This document shows, in pieces, positions 1-12,600 of a DNA stretch of 64,000 bases (within the stretch, counting starts at the first letter, position 1; the number at the start of each line of letters is the position of its first letter). A model generated the notes under the pieces. That model had not been told where the DNA came from. It saw only the letters and a program-made list of their open reading frames with translations, and did not search any database. The position numbers were made by a program, and so were the translations under genes. The DNA is from Botryllus schlosseri (taxonomy: Eukaryota), in assembly GCA_051294905.1 (NCBI GenBank), contig CM119377.1, forward strand, positions 28,892,001 to 28,956,000, in the 5' to 3' direction.

Positions 1-99
1 CTCCATTATGGTGGCGTTCTGAAGAAAACGGCTGCGGCCATTTTTTTTCGTTTTGCCCTTCAATTTGAGACCACATCACTTTTTGAGTGCAGGGCCACT
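1..99. mobile_element. Right end of a Kolobok-type non-autonomous DNA transposon (runs off the window)
   Basis: Ends ...GGGCCACT followed by TTAA (100-103). Its reverse complement aligns over about 100 bp with the TTAA-AGGGACAC... end at 60356. Confidence 0.6.
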
Positions 100-1056
100 T
101 TAATTTGTGGTAACCATGCCCCATGGTCCATGCAAGTGAGCACGGTGTTTTGCTAACGAGAAGTAAGGGGCTATAAGGCTGAATGCACTAAATCGAGTGA
201 CAATAAATCGTGCGAACTGCTTAGAAAAATATCAAGTCAAATAAATCTACTACGGAGTATTTTACTTCATGATCATGAATATACAAAGATCTGCGGTGAA
301 TGAGGCTGGTCCTGGGTAAAACAATACGTCAGAACTGATGTTTTATTCATTAACAAATTTTGCGGCCAGGCTAATCAAATGTTCGTTGGCCTTACAATTT
401 CACCTGATCCTACCACTAATTATACCTCGCAGGCCATGCACACAAAACCTTGTCGCAGAACACATGTGACCGCTACACATAGTGGCTAACTGTTCGGACA
501 CCTGTGACCTATACAATCATACCTGTTTTGCGTCGATAGCCAGCAACGTTGACTTGGATCTTAATCGCAAGTTAGTCAATTGTTTCTGGAGAAATAGCAG
601 ACTTTTGACTTCTTTGCTTTCATTTTCTCCCTGGAAAACATTATTTTCATTTAGTATTCGACCCTATGTACGACATGCATTGCACGTGCATGATAATCAT
701 GTATCTTTTTTCCTGTGATCCGTAATTTAATGTAATATACTATTGCATAGATCCGCGGCGCCCAAGAAATATTAAGATATTGATTTATGACGAAAATTGA
801 AATTTATGAAATAGTCTTGCTTGGCTCAGGGTCGTGAGTTTCTAATTAGGATCGCAGGAAAGTTTTATAGTAGACTGCTAACTTCACATCACTGCTGTGT
901 CATTGCAATGTGCGCTAACTTTCCAGTTGAACGAGCAGTAGCTATAGATATAGGTATTGAAAACTAATCCACGGATAGATGTGCTACAACTACAAGTGAT
1001 TCACTGTTGAATACGCCAAGATTGGTACTGCTTAGCCGGCAAAGGCAGCATATAGT

Positions 1057-1200
1057 CAGGGTTGTAATGACTCTGATCGATTTTCTGATGACTCGAGTCA
1101 TGTTCTCAAAATACGTAAATGAATCGACTCGAGTCAATCTGTGTATTGACTCGACTTCGACTCGAGTCGTTGGACATGAATTTCGAGTCGTTGGACATGA
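1057..1200. repeat. Fragment of the CAGGGTTGTAA-terminal, GACTCGAGTC-rich MITE family
   Basis: Starts CAGGGTTGTAATGACTC and resembles one end of the 58255-58783 element. No second TIR seen. Confidence 0.55.
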
Positions 1201-1244
1201 ATTAAAACAAGAAAATGGATCTTCCCCGTTCGCACGGTCGTAGG

Positions 1245-1762
1245 TAGGGCTGGGCAAAATCGAGTACCTGAGTGATTCGATTCTGAATCACTGAATATGC
1301 TTCGAGTCGAGTCGAGTAATCGAGTATCGCTCATTGTGACGTCATAACAGAATGTAATACGTCAAAGTTCAAATATGTACCTTTTATGCGACCACAAAGA
1401 ATATAATGCCTGTCATCCATCACAATAAACATACTTTGGTATTTTTCGACCATGCCGATTTCATTGCACTTGGTAACAATGATGTTGTTGGATGATCATG
1501 ACTTCGAAAATGTGCTATCGCCAGTAGCGTTCGTAGCTTGTACTATATGTCTCGTATGCTACGATACGCCCAATCAAAGTTTCAAGGCTTCAACAGTGAA
1601 AATTAGTATCGAAACTATAAGTCTGGTTGATAAATTAACTTTCAGTTGCGAGGAGCGTATAATTTCAGTACTCGAAAAAAATGTATTTTACTACTCGACT
1701 CGAATCATAAAAATTATTACTCGATTCAGATTCGAGTACTCGAATCATAGTGCCCAGCCCTA
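1245..1762 (+). mobile_element. hAT-type MITE, TAGGGCTGGGC family
   Basis: TIR TAGGGCTGGGC/GCCCAGCCCTA; perfect 8-bp TSD GTCGTAGG (1237-1244, 1763-1770). Confidence 0.95.
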
Positions 1763-2020
1763 GTCGTAGGCCACTCTCGATCGACCCAATAGGGAATGAA
1801 ACGATTGCCATCAAAGAGTAGGGCTGGGCATAATGATTCGAGTACTCGAATCTGAATCGAGTAGTAATTTTAATGACTCTAACAAATCGTAGTTTACTAC
1901 TCGACTCGAGTCATTAAAATTACTACTCGATTCAGATTCGAGTACTCGAATCATTATGCCCAGCTACTCGACTCGAGTACTGAAATTATACGCTCCGCCG
2001 CTGAAAGGTAAGTTATCAAT

Positions 2021-3423
2021 TAGGGATGGTGTGAACGCGATGTTCACGTTCGCGTTCTGTGTGTGAACCTCCGAAATTTAGAGGTTCGCGTTCACAAACG
2101 AACCTTGGTAGGTTCTGCACTGTGAACCTTTTTTTATATATTACAATTTTCACTTCATTATAACATCTTTGGTTGGAATTTATTGCATTTCAACTACGCG
2201 GGCCACTCTATGCATGGCGTTGGCTGCATAAAAATATCAACATTACACGACCATACACCTTGGCAATCTCAAAAATCTTACTTGCTTTGTTTCAAAAGTT
2301 TGCTCGAAATATCCAGCTTTCCGTTTGTGAATATGTAGTGACTCTCTGCTGTGAGCTTGACCCGAAATCACTCAACATCAAGACCAAATACACTATAGTC
2401 AGCGAATGGTGCTTATTCAACCAATCAAGAAACTTGATACCGTTATCCGATATAAAAATAAATCCAGCAGGCGTACGGTGTCATTCTTCATATGTTCATT
2501 GTATCATAAAAACCAAATCCGTGCGACTGGTGGGGGTGTTGGCTACTGCTGTGTAACTTGTTATTGGGGTAATATCGATAGCAAGTATAGAAACTCGTTT
2601 TACACTCTGCTCAATATCAACGTAGCAATACTCAAGACGCCGAATGCATTGTCCGGTCGGGCGTCGACCGTTAAGGCGTAAGCTTATATTCCCTTGCAAG
2701 TCCTCGTCAAAATTGTTGGCAAAGCGACGGAAGATATTGGTTTTATGGGATTATTATATCATTTGATTGCCCTGGTTGATACATTTGGCGAAGTTTAAAA
2801 ATGGAATTCAACATTGTGGCATTATATGGCCCGAGTCGTCGCTAGGTATCGTGTACATCAATATAGTCTATCACAGTGGTTCCCAACCTTTTTCGACTCA
2901 TCGCCCTTTTTTCAAGCTCAACGCCGATCATCGCCCCCCAGATTTTGTAAACCGAAAAATCGGTATACAATCTGTAATCATCGGCGGGTTGACTAAAAAA
3001 AAGGTCAACTGTTCTGCTTGTTGTCGAATTTTTCACTTTTGCAACTAAATTTCCGTGGGTGGACTAAAAAAAAGGTCATTTTTCCGACTTGACTCCAATA
3101 TAGCCATTTTAACGCGTCATCGCCCCCTTCGCTATTTTCGCCCCCTTTGTCCATTTTGGCCCCCCTATGGCCCCCTTCGTCATTTTCGCCCCCCTGTCGC
3201 CCCCTTCGTCGTTTTCGCCCCCTAGACCGCCAAATCGCCCCCTGGGGGGCGATATCGCCCACGTTGGGAACCACTGGTCTATCACTTTACTGAAATGTAG
3301 GGTTAGAATTAGCAATATGACGTCACGTGACGTCATGAGGTTCACGCTCGCGCTCACACAGAACCTTTCAAAAAGGTTCGCGTTCACACGAACCTGAACC
3401 TTTCAGAGGTTCACACCATCCCA
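2021..3423. mobile_element. hAT-type non-autonomous element (TAGGGATGGTG TIR) nested in the previous MITE
   Basis: TIR TAGGGATGGTGTGAAC / GTTCACACCATCCC(A); flanks share TATCAAT (imperfect TSD); GTGAAC/GTTCAC subterminal repeats. Confidence 0.85.
2874..3276. mobile_element. Buster/Charlie-type hAT MITE, CAGTGGTTCCCAAC family
   Basis: 14-bp TIR; perfect TSD GTCTATCA with central TA; same family as 10174-10529 and 38463-38889. Confidence 0.95.
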
Positions 3424-4336
3424 TATCAATAAGAATTATAGTTTCGATACTAATTTTCAGAGAGGAAGCCTTGCTACCTTGACTGGTCGTACCGTAGCAC
3501 ACAATACATAGTACAAAGCTACAAACGTTACTGGGAATAACGCATTTCTGATGTCATGATCATTCCACAACATTGCCACCCAGTGAAATGAAATCAGTGT
3601 GGTCCAAAAAATACCTAGCTATCTTTAACATAATGGATAAAGGACATTATATTCTTTGTGGTGGCATAATTTGTACTTTGAAATACTGTATTCGATGATG
3701 TCGTCATAATAAGTGATACTCGATTACTCGACTCGAAGCAGAATACGTGATTCAGAATCGAATCACCCGGGTACTTGATTTTGCCCAGCCCTATCAAAGA
3801 GGTCATAGACATATTCGATAAACAAATGACGATGAGAGAACATAGAGACAATCTGGAAGCTGCTTTCCAGATAGGGCAAGAAACCTTCAATATATAACTA
3901 TGGTGAATGAGGAATCAAAAAATGCGTTACTAGCAGAAGGAGGTGAATTCCGTTTCAACAGAAAGAAATACGTGTACTGCAGGCGCCCAGAGCACCTCCG
4001 ACATTCGTAAACATCACAGCGTTGCCCTCCAATCAAAGAGTAGCGAAAGCTATGTATTGACCATTACAAGACAGGAAATATCGCAGGAATACGAAAAATG
4101 TACCGCAGAGGAACAAACTTCCATAATGGCTTCAGATCAGTTGCCATAGCTGAATACATACCTGGAAGGCTGCCGGCCTTCATTAGAATCGACGGCGCAA
4201 ACTGCAAAGTCTTCACGCCAAAGATTAAGAACCAAAAGCGGAAAAGAAATGTCACAAATGCCAGCAATCAGGCCACCTGGCTGCCAAGTGCAAGATGGTG
4301 TTCTGTAGCCACTGCAGAGTAACAGGGGACAAAAGA

Positions 4337-4546
4337 GCTGATTGTGAAAAATTACAAGAATTTCCGGCGATTGAAGACGCGAAAAACGGGCAGATGCGGA
4401 GCTCAAAGACATGTGTGAAAAAATAAAGGCTCGGTTACACGATGAGTTGCCGCGAGGCATTCTTTGTTTATTACAAAGACTCCCTGTACCGCGCTCTGAC
4501 TCGCTGATTGTGAAAAATTACAAGAATTTCCGGCGATCGAAGACGC
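4337..4546 (+). repeat. Templated insertion (4381-4505, copy of 7761-7885) flanked by 44-bp direct repeats
   Basis: Direct repeats at 4337-4380 and 4503-4546 differ at one base. The intervening sequence aligns with 7761-7885 with about 8 differences. Confidence 0.9.
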
Positions 4547-7500
4547 CAGGAAAATAACTGATAAGCAACAAGAACTAACAAAGAACCAGTTCTCTGGAAT
4601 TCAATCGGAAAGACAGGAAGAAAAACAAAATAACACGGATGATATAATCAAAGAGGTCCTAGAAATAGCTGAACCTCTCCTCTTCCGGAACAACCTCTCC
4701 TCTTCCGGAACAGACTCGGAGGAGGAAGGAGAAAATGAAACACCGATGAATATAATGAAGACGAAAAGAATGAACAAGCGGACACAAATAGTAGAGACGC
4801 ACAAGGCTTCACAGAAGTCGAGGGTAGATCAAAAAAGAGACAAAGACGCTCAGCAGAAAATCGAAGAGTGGATAGCAAAAAGAGGAATAAAAACAAATCC
4901 CTAAACAATTCAAAATGAAGAAAAAGATAATGTCAGTTATTATTAATGGCTTGATGCGGAATTGGACAGGTGTAACAAACTTAAAAACGAAATACAAAAC
5001 GGAATTCTAATAACGAAATACAAAACGGAATTATACTGCTTCTAAGAATTGACAAGACGAAAATTGAATCGTGGTGTAAAAATAACAATTATGAAATGTA
5101 CCCGAACTGCTGGGGTGTAGACGACACCTGGCTAGACTGTAACAAACAAAAGAAGAACTACTATCAGCGTACCCTGATACTGATGAGGTTCACACTGAAA
5201 AAAGAATTCAACATTACAGAAGAAATGGTAATTAGGAATAGAGTACAGAGGCTAGTTTTACAAAATAATAAGAAAAAATTGGAAATTTGGAATATATATG
5301 CCCCACCAGGGGTATCAAAACAAACAACAGACTTCTACAAAGAATTGATACGAAAATGAACCAAAGCGGGAGAACGTACAATACTAATGATAGACTACAA
5401 CCTAATAATAAATAAATTAGACGCCAAAATAAACTGCAACTTTAAAAATACAGCAGCCGGGGATGTGTGGACGGACTTCAGCAGTGTGAACGAATATCGG
5501 GATGTTTTTCGATATAGAAATCCACACAGGAGAATATTCACTAAAACAACAGGGAGCCAAGAAAGGCGCATAGATAACGCCTATGCCACAAATACCCTCA
5601 CAAAAGATATAGCCAGGTGTGTCTACAAGATTAACATATTATCGGATCATACTTACCTTATGGAAATTAGTATAGAGAATCATTCGCAAGATAGATGGGG
5701 AAAAGTAACGTGGAAGTGCAATAATTCAATTTGAGATAACGGGCAAACGAAAAGCAACATTGAAGATATCATAAAAACTATGAAAATGAACAGGCACAGA
5801 TATACACACATTTTGAAATGGTGGGACGATTTGAAGAAAAAGATTTAAAAAAAACAGACCTGCAAGCCTACGAGAGGGCAGAAAGTAAGACAGAAAAAAG
5901 AAAGATAGAAGAATTATTTAAAAAGATAGATCTTGCGGAAAAGAATGGAGATCTAAGATTAGCAAAATCTCTCTACAAAACGAACTGGAAAAAGTCGAAT
6001 GGAAAAAGCTTGAATTTACGACAACAATAGCAAGAATAAAAGACAAAGAAGTTGGTGAAAAACCAACTAAATCTTTCTTCGAGAGACTGAAGAAAACTAA
6101 ATTCCTTGCAAAAGATAAATAGTATCTTAGACAAACATGGAAAAGAATTAAAAGACCCTCAAGAGATCAAACTCTGACTGGAAGCCTTCCATAATGATTT
6201 ATGGAGAGCACAAACCGGAATAGACGAGAAAGGCCAAGAAGAATTTATGGATTTAATCGAAGAGGTTAATGTGCGAAAGGAAGATATCATCTCCTGAGCA
6301 ACATATAACTCAAGATGAAATAAAAAACACTATAAACGAAATGAGCAGTGGCAAAACACCGAGTAGTGATGGGCTGACGAAGGCCTTTTACACAACCATT
6401 TGGGTGGACCCCAGGGAACACTCGGAAGAAATATATAATAATGCAGTCTTTCTGGGAGACAACTGTAAATCCTGGAATAAAGGAATAAACTGATTTATAA
6501 AAAAGAGAATCACAGAAATATGAAAATTGGAGACAAAAATAACTTTGTTAAAGTTAGACTACAAAATATCAACTGCAATCATCTTAAATAGACTAAATAG
6601 TAACGGAGTATCTAATATTGAACACACAAAAATGCGGAGTAATGACTAGACAAATATCTGATACACTAAAGAACATAGACAAATATCTCATACACTAAAG
6701 AACATTAAGGCAGCACTAGATCAGGCTTGCAGAAAAGAAACAGAATTGATTGTACTATAAATAGATCAGGAAAAGCCCTTCGATAGGGTCCATCATGGAT
6801 ACCTACACAAAATCTTGGAATCCTACGGTATACCGTACGGAATACGGAGACTAATCAAAGAACTGTACGACCAATCGTACATACAGTCAAGTACAATTAA
6901 ATGGAAGTTTAACAAATGAAATACCAATGAGTAGGGGACTTCGACAAGGATGCCCCTCAGCACGTGCTTGTATGCCATAGCGGCAGACCCACTAGTCAGA
7001 AAGATCATGGCTAACGATAACGTAAAAGGATTGAAAATAGACAAAGAAGAACTGCGCCTACAACAATACGCAGACGACCTAACGGCGATAGTGAGAAATA
7101 TAAAAGATCTGTAGAGGAAGTTTTTGAGGATCTCGGACTGTTTGCGAAAGCGACAGGCCAAATAATAAAAAGAAAACAGAAATTCCCTGCACCAAATTAA
7201 TTTAGAAAGAAGAAATCATGTCTACCAACTAAAGAAATTCTAGGACAAAAATTTGAAAAAAAAACATATAAACCTAGACAAAAAATTAGAGCTGATAAAG
7301 ATAATTGTGCATACTTACAAAGAAACTAAAACTCACCTGGTACGGCAAAGCCGTGATTATAAACAGTTTGGCAGCCTCGAAGATTATTCACATCGCCAGG
7401 ATAGTGGAAGTCCCAAAAACAAAGAATCAATTAGAATCACTCCTCTTCAAGTTTCTCTGGGCCCCGGAAAAAATTAAAGCAATAAAGAGGAAACATATGC

Positions 7501-8485
7501 TCTCCAGAGAACGGATGGGTAGCTTAAAAATCACATGCATAAAAAGCAAAATAGAAGCACGCAAGATTGAAAAATATTAAGTGATAAAGAACCTGACAGA
7601 GCCAAAGGAATTTTGGCATCACGAGGCCATTTATGTACTGGGCTCGAAGCGCAAGAGCATAAATGAAAAGTTGTATACAAACTCATCCCCTCACTGCGAA
7701 TCTGTGACGAAAGAGTTGAACAGCATTCTCCACACAGCGAAGAAGTTCGAGTGGAGCAACGAAAAATGGGCAGATGCGGAGCACAAAGACATGTGTGAAA
7801 AAATAAAGGTTCGGTTACACGATGAGTTGCCGCCAGGCATTCTTTGTTTATTCTGAAGACTCCCTGTGCCGCGCTCTGACTCGCTCTGACGCGCACTGGA
7901 GGCGCGAGCTAACGCGAAACTCCCGTCGCGCGGAAGCGCTTGATAATGCTCCTGTAGAATCTTTTGAGCGTCAGCGCGCGGCACTTGAGTTTGTTCAGCT
8001 TGTTGGTCTTGCAAGTGGGGAGTGATGGACGACGACAGAAGACGTCAAATTTTGCTGGCTTCGTCTGCATGCTTGGTCGGTGCATGTTATTTGGTGGAAC
8101 TGAGGAAATTGAATTCAAGGAAAAAAAACGCTCAAAATGGGTGCGGCAGTTGTACCTGCTCGGAAAGTCAAAAGGTATGTACCGGTCTAGTACACTACAA
8201 AGTCCACTCTAGTCAAATGCAAGACAGTAGGTTGATTTGGTATCATTTAGGGTGTAATATTCCTTATCTGTACTTTCCATCCTTAGTTGATTGATTCACG
8301 TTGATTACGCTCACTCTACTTACATAGTGCTGTGAGTAGGTAATCCGTTGTCAGTTGTTCTAGGTGTTGGTCTTGTGTTTATCGTATTTGAACTGTTCAT
8401 CTCATTTGACGTCTGTTGCAGAATAAGTTTAATAAAGCCTATCTCTAGGTCAGAACAATTTATTAAACTCATTTTTACGGCTTCA

Positions 8486-11400
8486 ATGGACAAGGTTCTA
8501 AAACCCCAACGCCTCGACGTCGAGCCAGGCTCGGAGACTGCATTGGCTTAAAACGTTCAACGACTACTTGGAAGCGTTAGCAGCCGCTGACTTACATCCG
8601 GACAAACTCAAGGTGCTAACAAATCTGATATCATTTCAAGTCTTCCACAACATAGCGGATATTGATGATTATGACCTTGCTATTGGTGCTTTGAAAGAGC
8701 TCTTTGTGAACCAGAAGAACACCATTGCGGCTAGGCATGAATTACTGACTTGCAAACAACTGCCTGGCGAGGCTATAGACAGTTTTGTCATTCGACTGAA
8801 GTCACTTAGCAATGACTGCGGGTGTCATGCAGTTTCAGCTGAACAATATCGGTTGGAGCTGATTCGCGATGCCTTGATCGCGGGCTTGCAATCACCGTCA
8901 ATTCGCCAGAGACTTCCGGAAGAAAGCGCGTTGACTTTCGGTGATGCCTTAAAGAAGGCACGTGCAATGGAAATCGCTTCCAGGGATTCTGAAGCCTACC
9001 AACCTACTTCGTCGTGTGCCACAAGACTGCGTGCGCCGAGACAACAAGGCGGGGTAGAGACTCAAAATGAAGATGGCGGTGCTCGCCGAAAACCAATATC
9101 TTCGAAACGGCCTTGCATCTTTTGTGGAGGCACTATGCATCCTCGCATGAATTACCCGGCAAAAGATGCCGTATGCAGATATCGTTATATCACTGGCCAT
9201 TATTCGAAGGTGTGTCAATCTCGCCTACGAAACCTTCCACGAATCAATACGGAAACTGCCTCGATTTAAGGTCCCGCACCTCCCAGCAGAGGAGAAATAG
9301 AATTTAACCCGAAAACGACTATCAGCTACGGATCGGTATAGAGTAGTATGCGATGTCCAGGTTGACAATTTGAACGCTACTTCATTGATGGATACTGGTT
9401 CAGGGGAATGTTTCATAAATCAAAAATTTGCCGACAAATATCGAGAAAAATTAAACATCCAGCCAATCGTTGGCGAGGTCACGCTAACGGAGACTTCTAT
9501 ACGCATGCCAATTGATGGTCAGTGCCTCGCTCGCCTCACCGCGGGGAATAACGACTATCGAAATGTTTCATTTCACATACTGAAGAACTTGGCAACAGAC
9601 GTACCATCGGCGAAAGAATTCTCAAGGAACACGAAAGCGTCACATTCACGTTTTCAGGACGACGGCCTCCGCTCACCCTGAATGGCTTATCCAAAATGGT
9701 AGTTCCGTATCCGAAACCATTCAGTCACCTTAGCAAGGATTGCCACCCTGTCGCGGACAAGCAACGGAGATATCCACGGGCAGATCACGCCTTTATCGCA
9801 GAAGAACACAACATCTACTTGCTGACAATCTTATCGAGCCAAGTAATTCCCCCTGGAGAGCTCAGGTACTCGTTGTCAAAATCGAACACTCTACCAAACG
9901 ACGAATGGTCATTGATTACAGCAGGACAATTAACCGATTCACTCAACTCGACGTTTATCCTCTGCCACGCATCGAGGACATTGTGAATAAGCTTGCTCAG
10001 TATAAAGTATTCACGACAGTTGACTTGAAATCGGCCTTTCATCAACTCGAACTGGATCCGCGTGACCGAGAATTTACTGCTTTCCAGTCAGGGAGCGAGT
10101 TGTTTCAGTGGCGACGACTTAAATTTGGTTTGACAAATGCTGTACTTGACTTTCAACGAACAATCGATTACATCAGTGGTTCCCAACCTTTTTCGCCCCA
10201 TCGCACCCTTTTCAAGGTCAACAGCGATCATCGCCCCCCAAATTTTGTGTACCGGAAATTGGACATACAAACTGTAATCACCGGCGGGTTGACTAAAAAA
10301 AAGTCAAATTTTCGGCACGATTTCTAATTTTACACACTTTTGTAACTAAATTCCCGTGGGTTGACTAAAAAAAAAGAAAGGTCAGCCGCTTTGGCGCGTC
10401 ATCGCCCCCTTCGCTATTTTCGCCTCCTTTGTCCATTTTCACCCCCTGTCGCCGCCTTCGTCATTTTCGTCCCCCTAGACCGCCAAATCGCCCCCTGGGG
10501 GGCGATATCGCCCACGTTGGGAACCACTGGATTACATCGTCAAGCAGAATAACCTGAAAGGGCGTTTTCCGTATCCAGACGATATAACAATCGCTGGGGT
10601 GGATCAGGCTGACCACGACAACAACTTGAGGGCCTTCATGAACGCTGCTTCACGCGCCAATATTACCATCAACGAAGCTAAGACGCAACTTGCTAAGTCC
10701 GAAATAGCTATTTTTGGGTACAAAGTCGGACATCAGTCTGTTCAGCCTGACCCAGAGAGAGTGACTCCACTCCTAAATCTCCCATATCCAGAATCTGAGC
10801 TTCAGTTGAAGAGGATGATAGGGTTGTTCGCCTACTACGCTAGATGGATCGCAAATTACTCGACTAAAATCGGACCGCTAATCAAAGCTACGATTCCTTT
10901 TGACAACGATTCTCGTGAAGCAATTGATCTCATCTAACAAAACCTGGCCAACGCCGCATTACGACCCATCAATGAATCTATGCCCTTCACAGTAGAAAGT
11001 GACGCTTCCGATTTTGCGATCGCTGCAACCTTGAATCAGGAAGGGCGCCCGTTGCATATCACTCGCGCACCCTATCGCCAGGCGAGCAATGACCTTCGAC
11101 TATTGAAAAGGAAGCATATGCTGTGGTCGAAGCGCTGCGAAGTGGAGGCATTTGCTCACCGGGCGGCATTTTACATTGGTCACTGACCAGAAAAGTGTCT
11201 CCTTCATGTTCGACAATCGACACACCAGCAAAATCAAAAACGACAAAATCTCTCGTTGGCGATTGGAACTAATGACATTTAGCTATACTGTCATTCATCG
11301 GCCCGGCGTCGAAAATGTCGGCCCCGACGCTCTAACGCGCGCTCATTGCGGATACATGGGAAAACACCAATTGCGCGATCTGCACATTTCACTCTGTCAC

Positions 11401-12441
11401 CCCGGCGTGACCCGCATGTCTCACTTCGTACGAGTCAAGAATTTGCCATTCTCTATGTCAGAGATACGTACCATGACTTCACAGTGCGATGAGTGTCAAC
11501 AAATCAAACCTCAGTTCATTCGCTCCGGCGAGGAGAAACTAATCGAGGCGACTCAACCCTTCGAACGTCTCAGCCTCGATTTCAAGGGTCCGTTACCCAG
11601 CGTTACGAAAAGCAGGTATTTCCTCACTATAGTCGACGAATATTCACGATTTCCGTTTGCATTTCCCTGCGCAGACATGTCTGCAAAGACGGTTATCAAA
11701 TGCTTAACGACACTGCTTTCTGTATTTGGGATGTATTCATACATCCACTCCGATCGATGGTCGACTTTGCAGTTTTACGAACTCAAATCTTGGCTCAACT
11801 CTAAAGGGGTTTCTACAAGCAGGACTACTAGCTACAACCCTCGTGGAAACGGACAATGTGAAAAGTACAACGGCGTGATCTGGAAGGCTATTCAATGCTC
11901 ATTGAAATCTCGACGTCTTCCTCTCGGACACTGGGAGGATGTTATGTTGGACGCTCTACATTCAATTCGGTCGTTGCTCTGCACATCGACAAATTGCACT
12001 CCTCATGAGAGAATGTTTCATCACTCTCGCCGCTCGACAAATGGCACCTCCATTCCGTCATGGCTGAAACCAGGTCCTATCTATGTCAAGCGACATATGC
12101 GCAATAAGGACGAACCCTTGGTGGATGAGGCGGAGCTCCTCGAGACAAACCCTGCTTACGCCCATGTCAGACTTAACAACGGCAGGGATATTTCACCGCG
12201 CAACAGCACCGACGTAACCAGAAGAGCTGAATTCAGTAACCGCAGCCCGAGCGAAGATTGTTCTGGTGGACAGCTCTTTAACGAAGACGCCACGGTTCGT
12301 GATGTGGCCATTGCCACTAGTACCGAAGAAAGAAATAACGAAGGTTCGAAACTGAACATTGATCGTGAAAGATCACCGCTTCGTCGTTCAACGCGTGTTC
12401 GGAAAGCCGTAGATCGATATGGCGCAGTACCCTATTATTGA
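8486..12441 (+). pseudogene. Gypsy gag-pol (frameshifted, MITE-interrupted)
   Basis: Gag MDKVLKPQRLD with degenerate Zn knuckles; PR DTGSGECF; RT PSNSPW, DLKSAFHQ and YPDD (after MITE removal); RH ESDASD, TDQKS; IN HHCC, LSLDFKGP, HSD, NGQCEKYN. Confidence 0.95.
10174..10529. mobile_element. CAGTGGTTCCCAAC-family MITE inserted in the gypsy RT
   Basis: Perfect TSD GATTACAT; removal restores FQRTIDYIVKQNNLKGRFPYPDD. Confidence 0.95.
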
Positions 12442-12600
12442 CAATGTATCACAAAATTTGTTTCGCTAATATTTTACGGGGGGAGAATGTACTATTCCTT
12501 ATCTGTTCTTTCCATCCTTAGTTGATTGATTCACGTTGATTACGCTCACTCTACTTACATAGTGCTGTGAGTAGGTAATACGCTGTCAGTTTTTCTAGGT

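Larger units (their letters stand above)
1819..3793 (-). mobile_element. Second TAGGGCTGGGC-family MITE, opposite orientation, carrying nested elements
   Basis: Same TIRs; perfect TSD TCAAAGAG (1811-1818, 3794-3801). Confidence 0.95.
1215..7806 (+). mobile_element. Degenerate L1/Tx1-clade LINE (ORF1 plus EN/RT ORF2), 3'-truncated by a Harbinger end
   Basis: Removing two MITEs and one TSD copy each restores MDLPRSHGRRPLSIDPIGNETIAIKEVIDIFDKQM in frame from ATG 1215. ORF1 motif RGTNFHNGFRSV...LPAFIRIDGANCKV is present. ORF2 (about 4930-7806) has WNIYAP, RRIDNAY, GLTKAFY, DQEKPFDRVHH, GLRQGCPLS and QQYADD, with many frameshifts. Confidence 0.9.

Noticed and set aside
482-1000. Short ORFs as real genes
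   Set aside because: No recognisable motifs; many track ORFs use GTG/TTG starts, which carry no weight in this eukaryotic context.
3005-3397. Gly/Pro-rich ORFs on both strands
   Set aside because: They arise from TCGCCCCC repeats of a MITE.
12060-12487. env-like gene or chromodomain in the gypsy element
   Set aside because: The integrase ORF ends just before the PPT with a low-complexity tail; there is no room and no motif for either.
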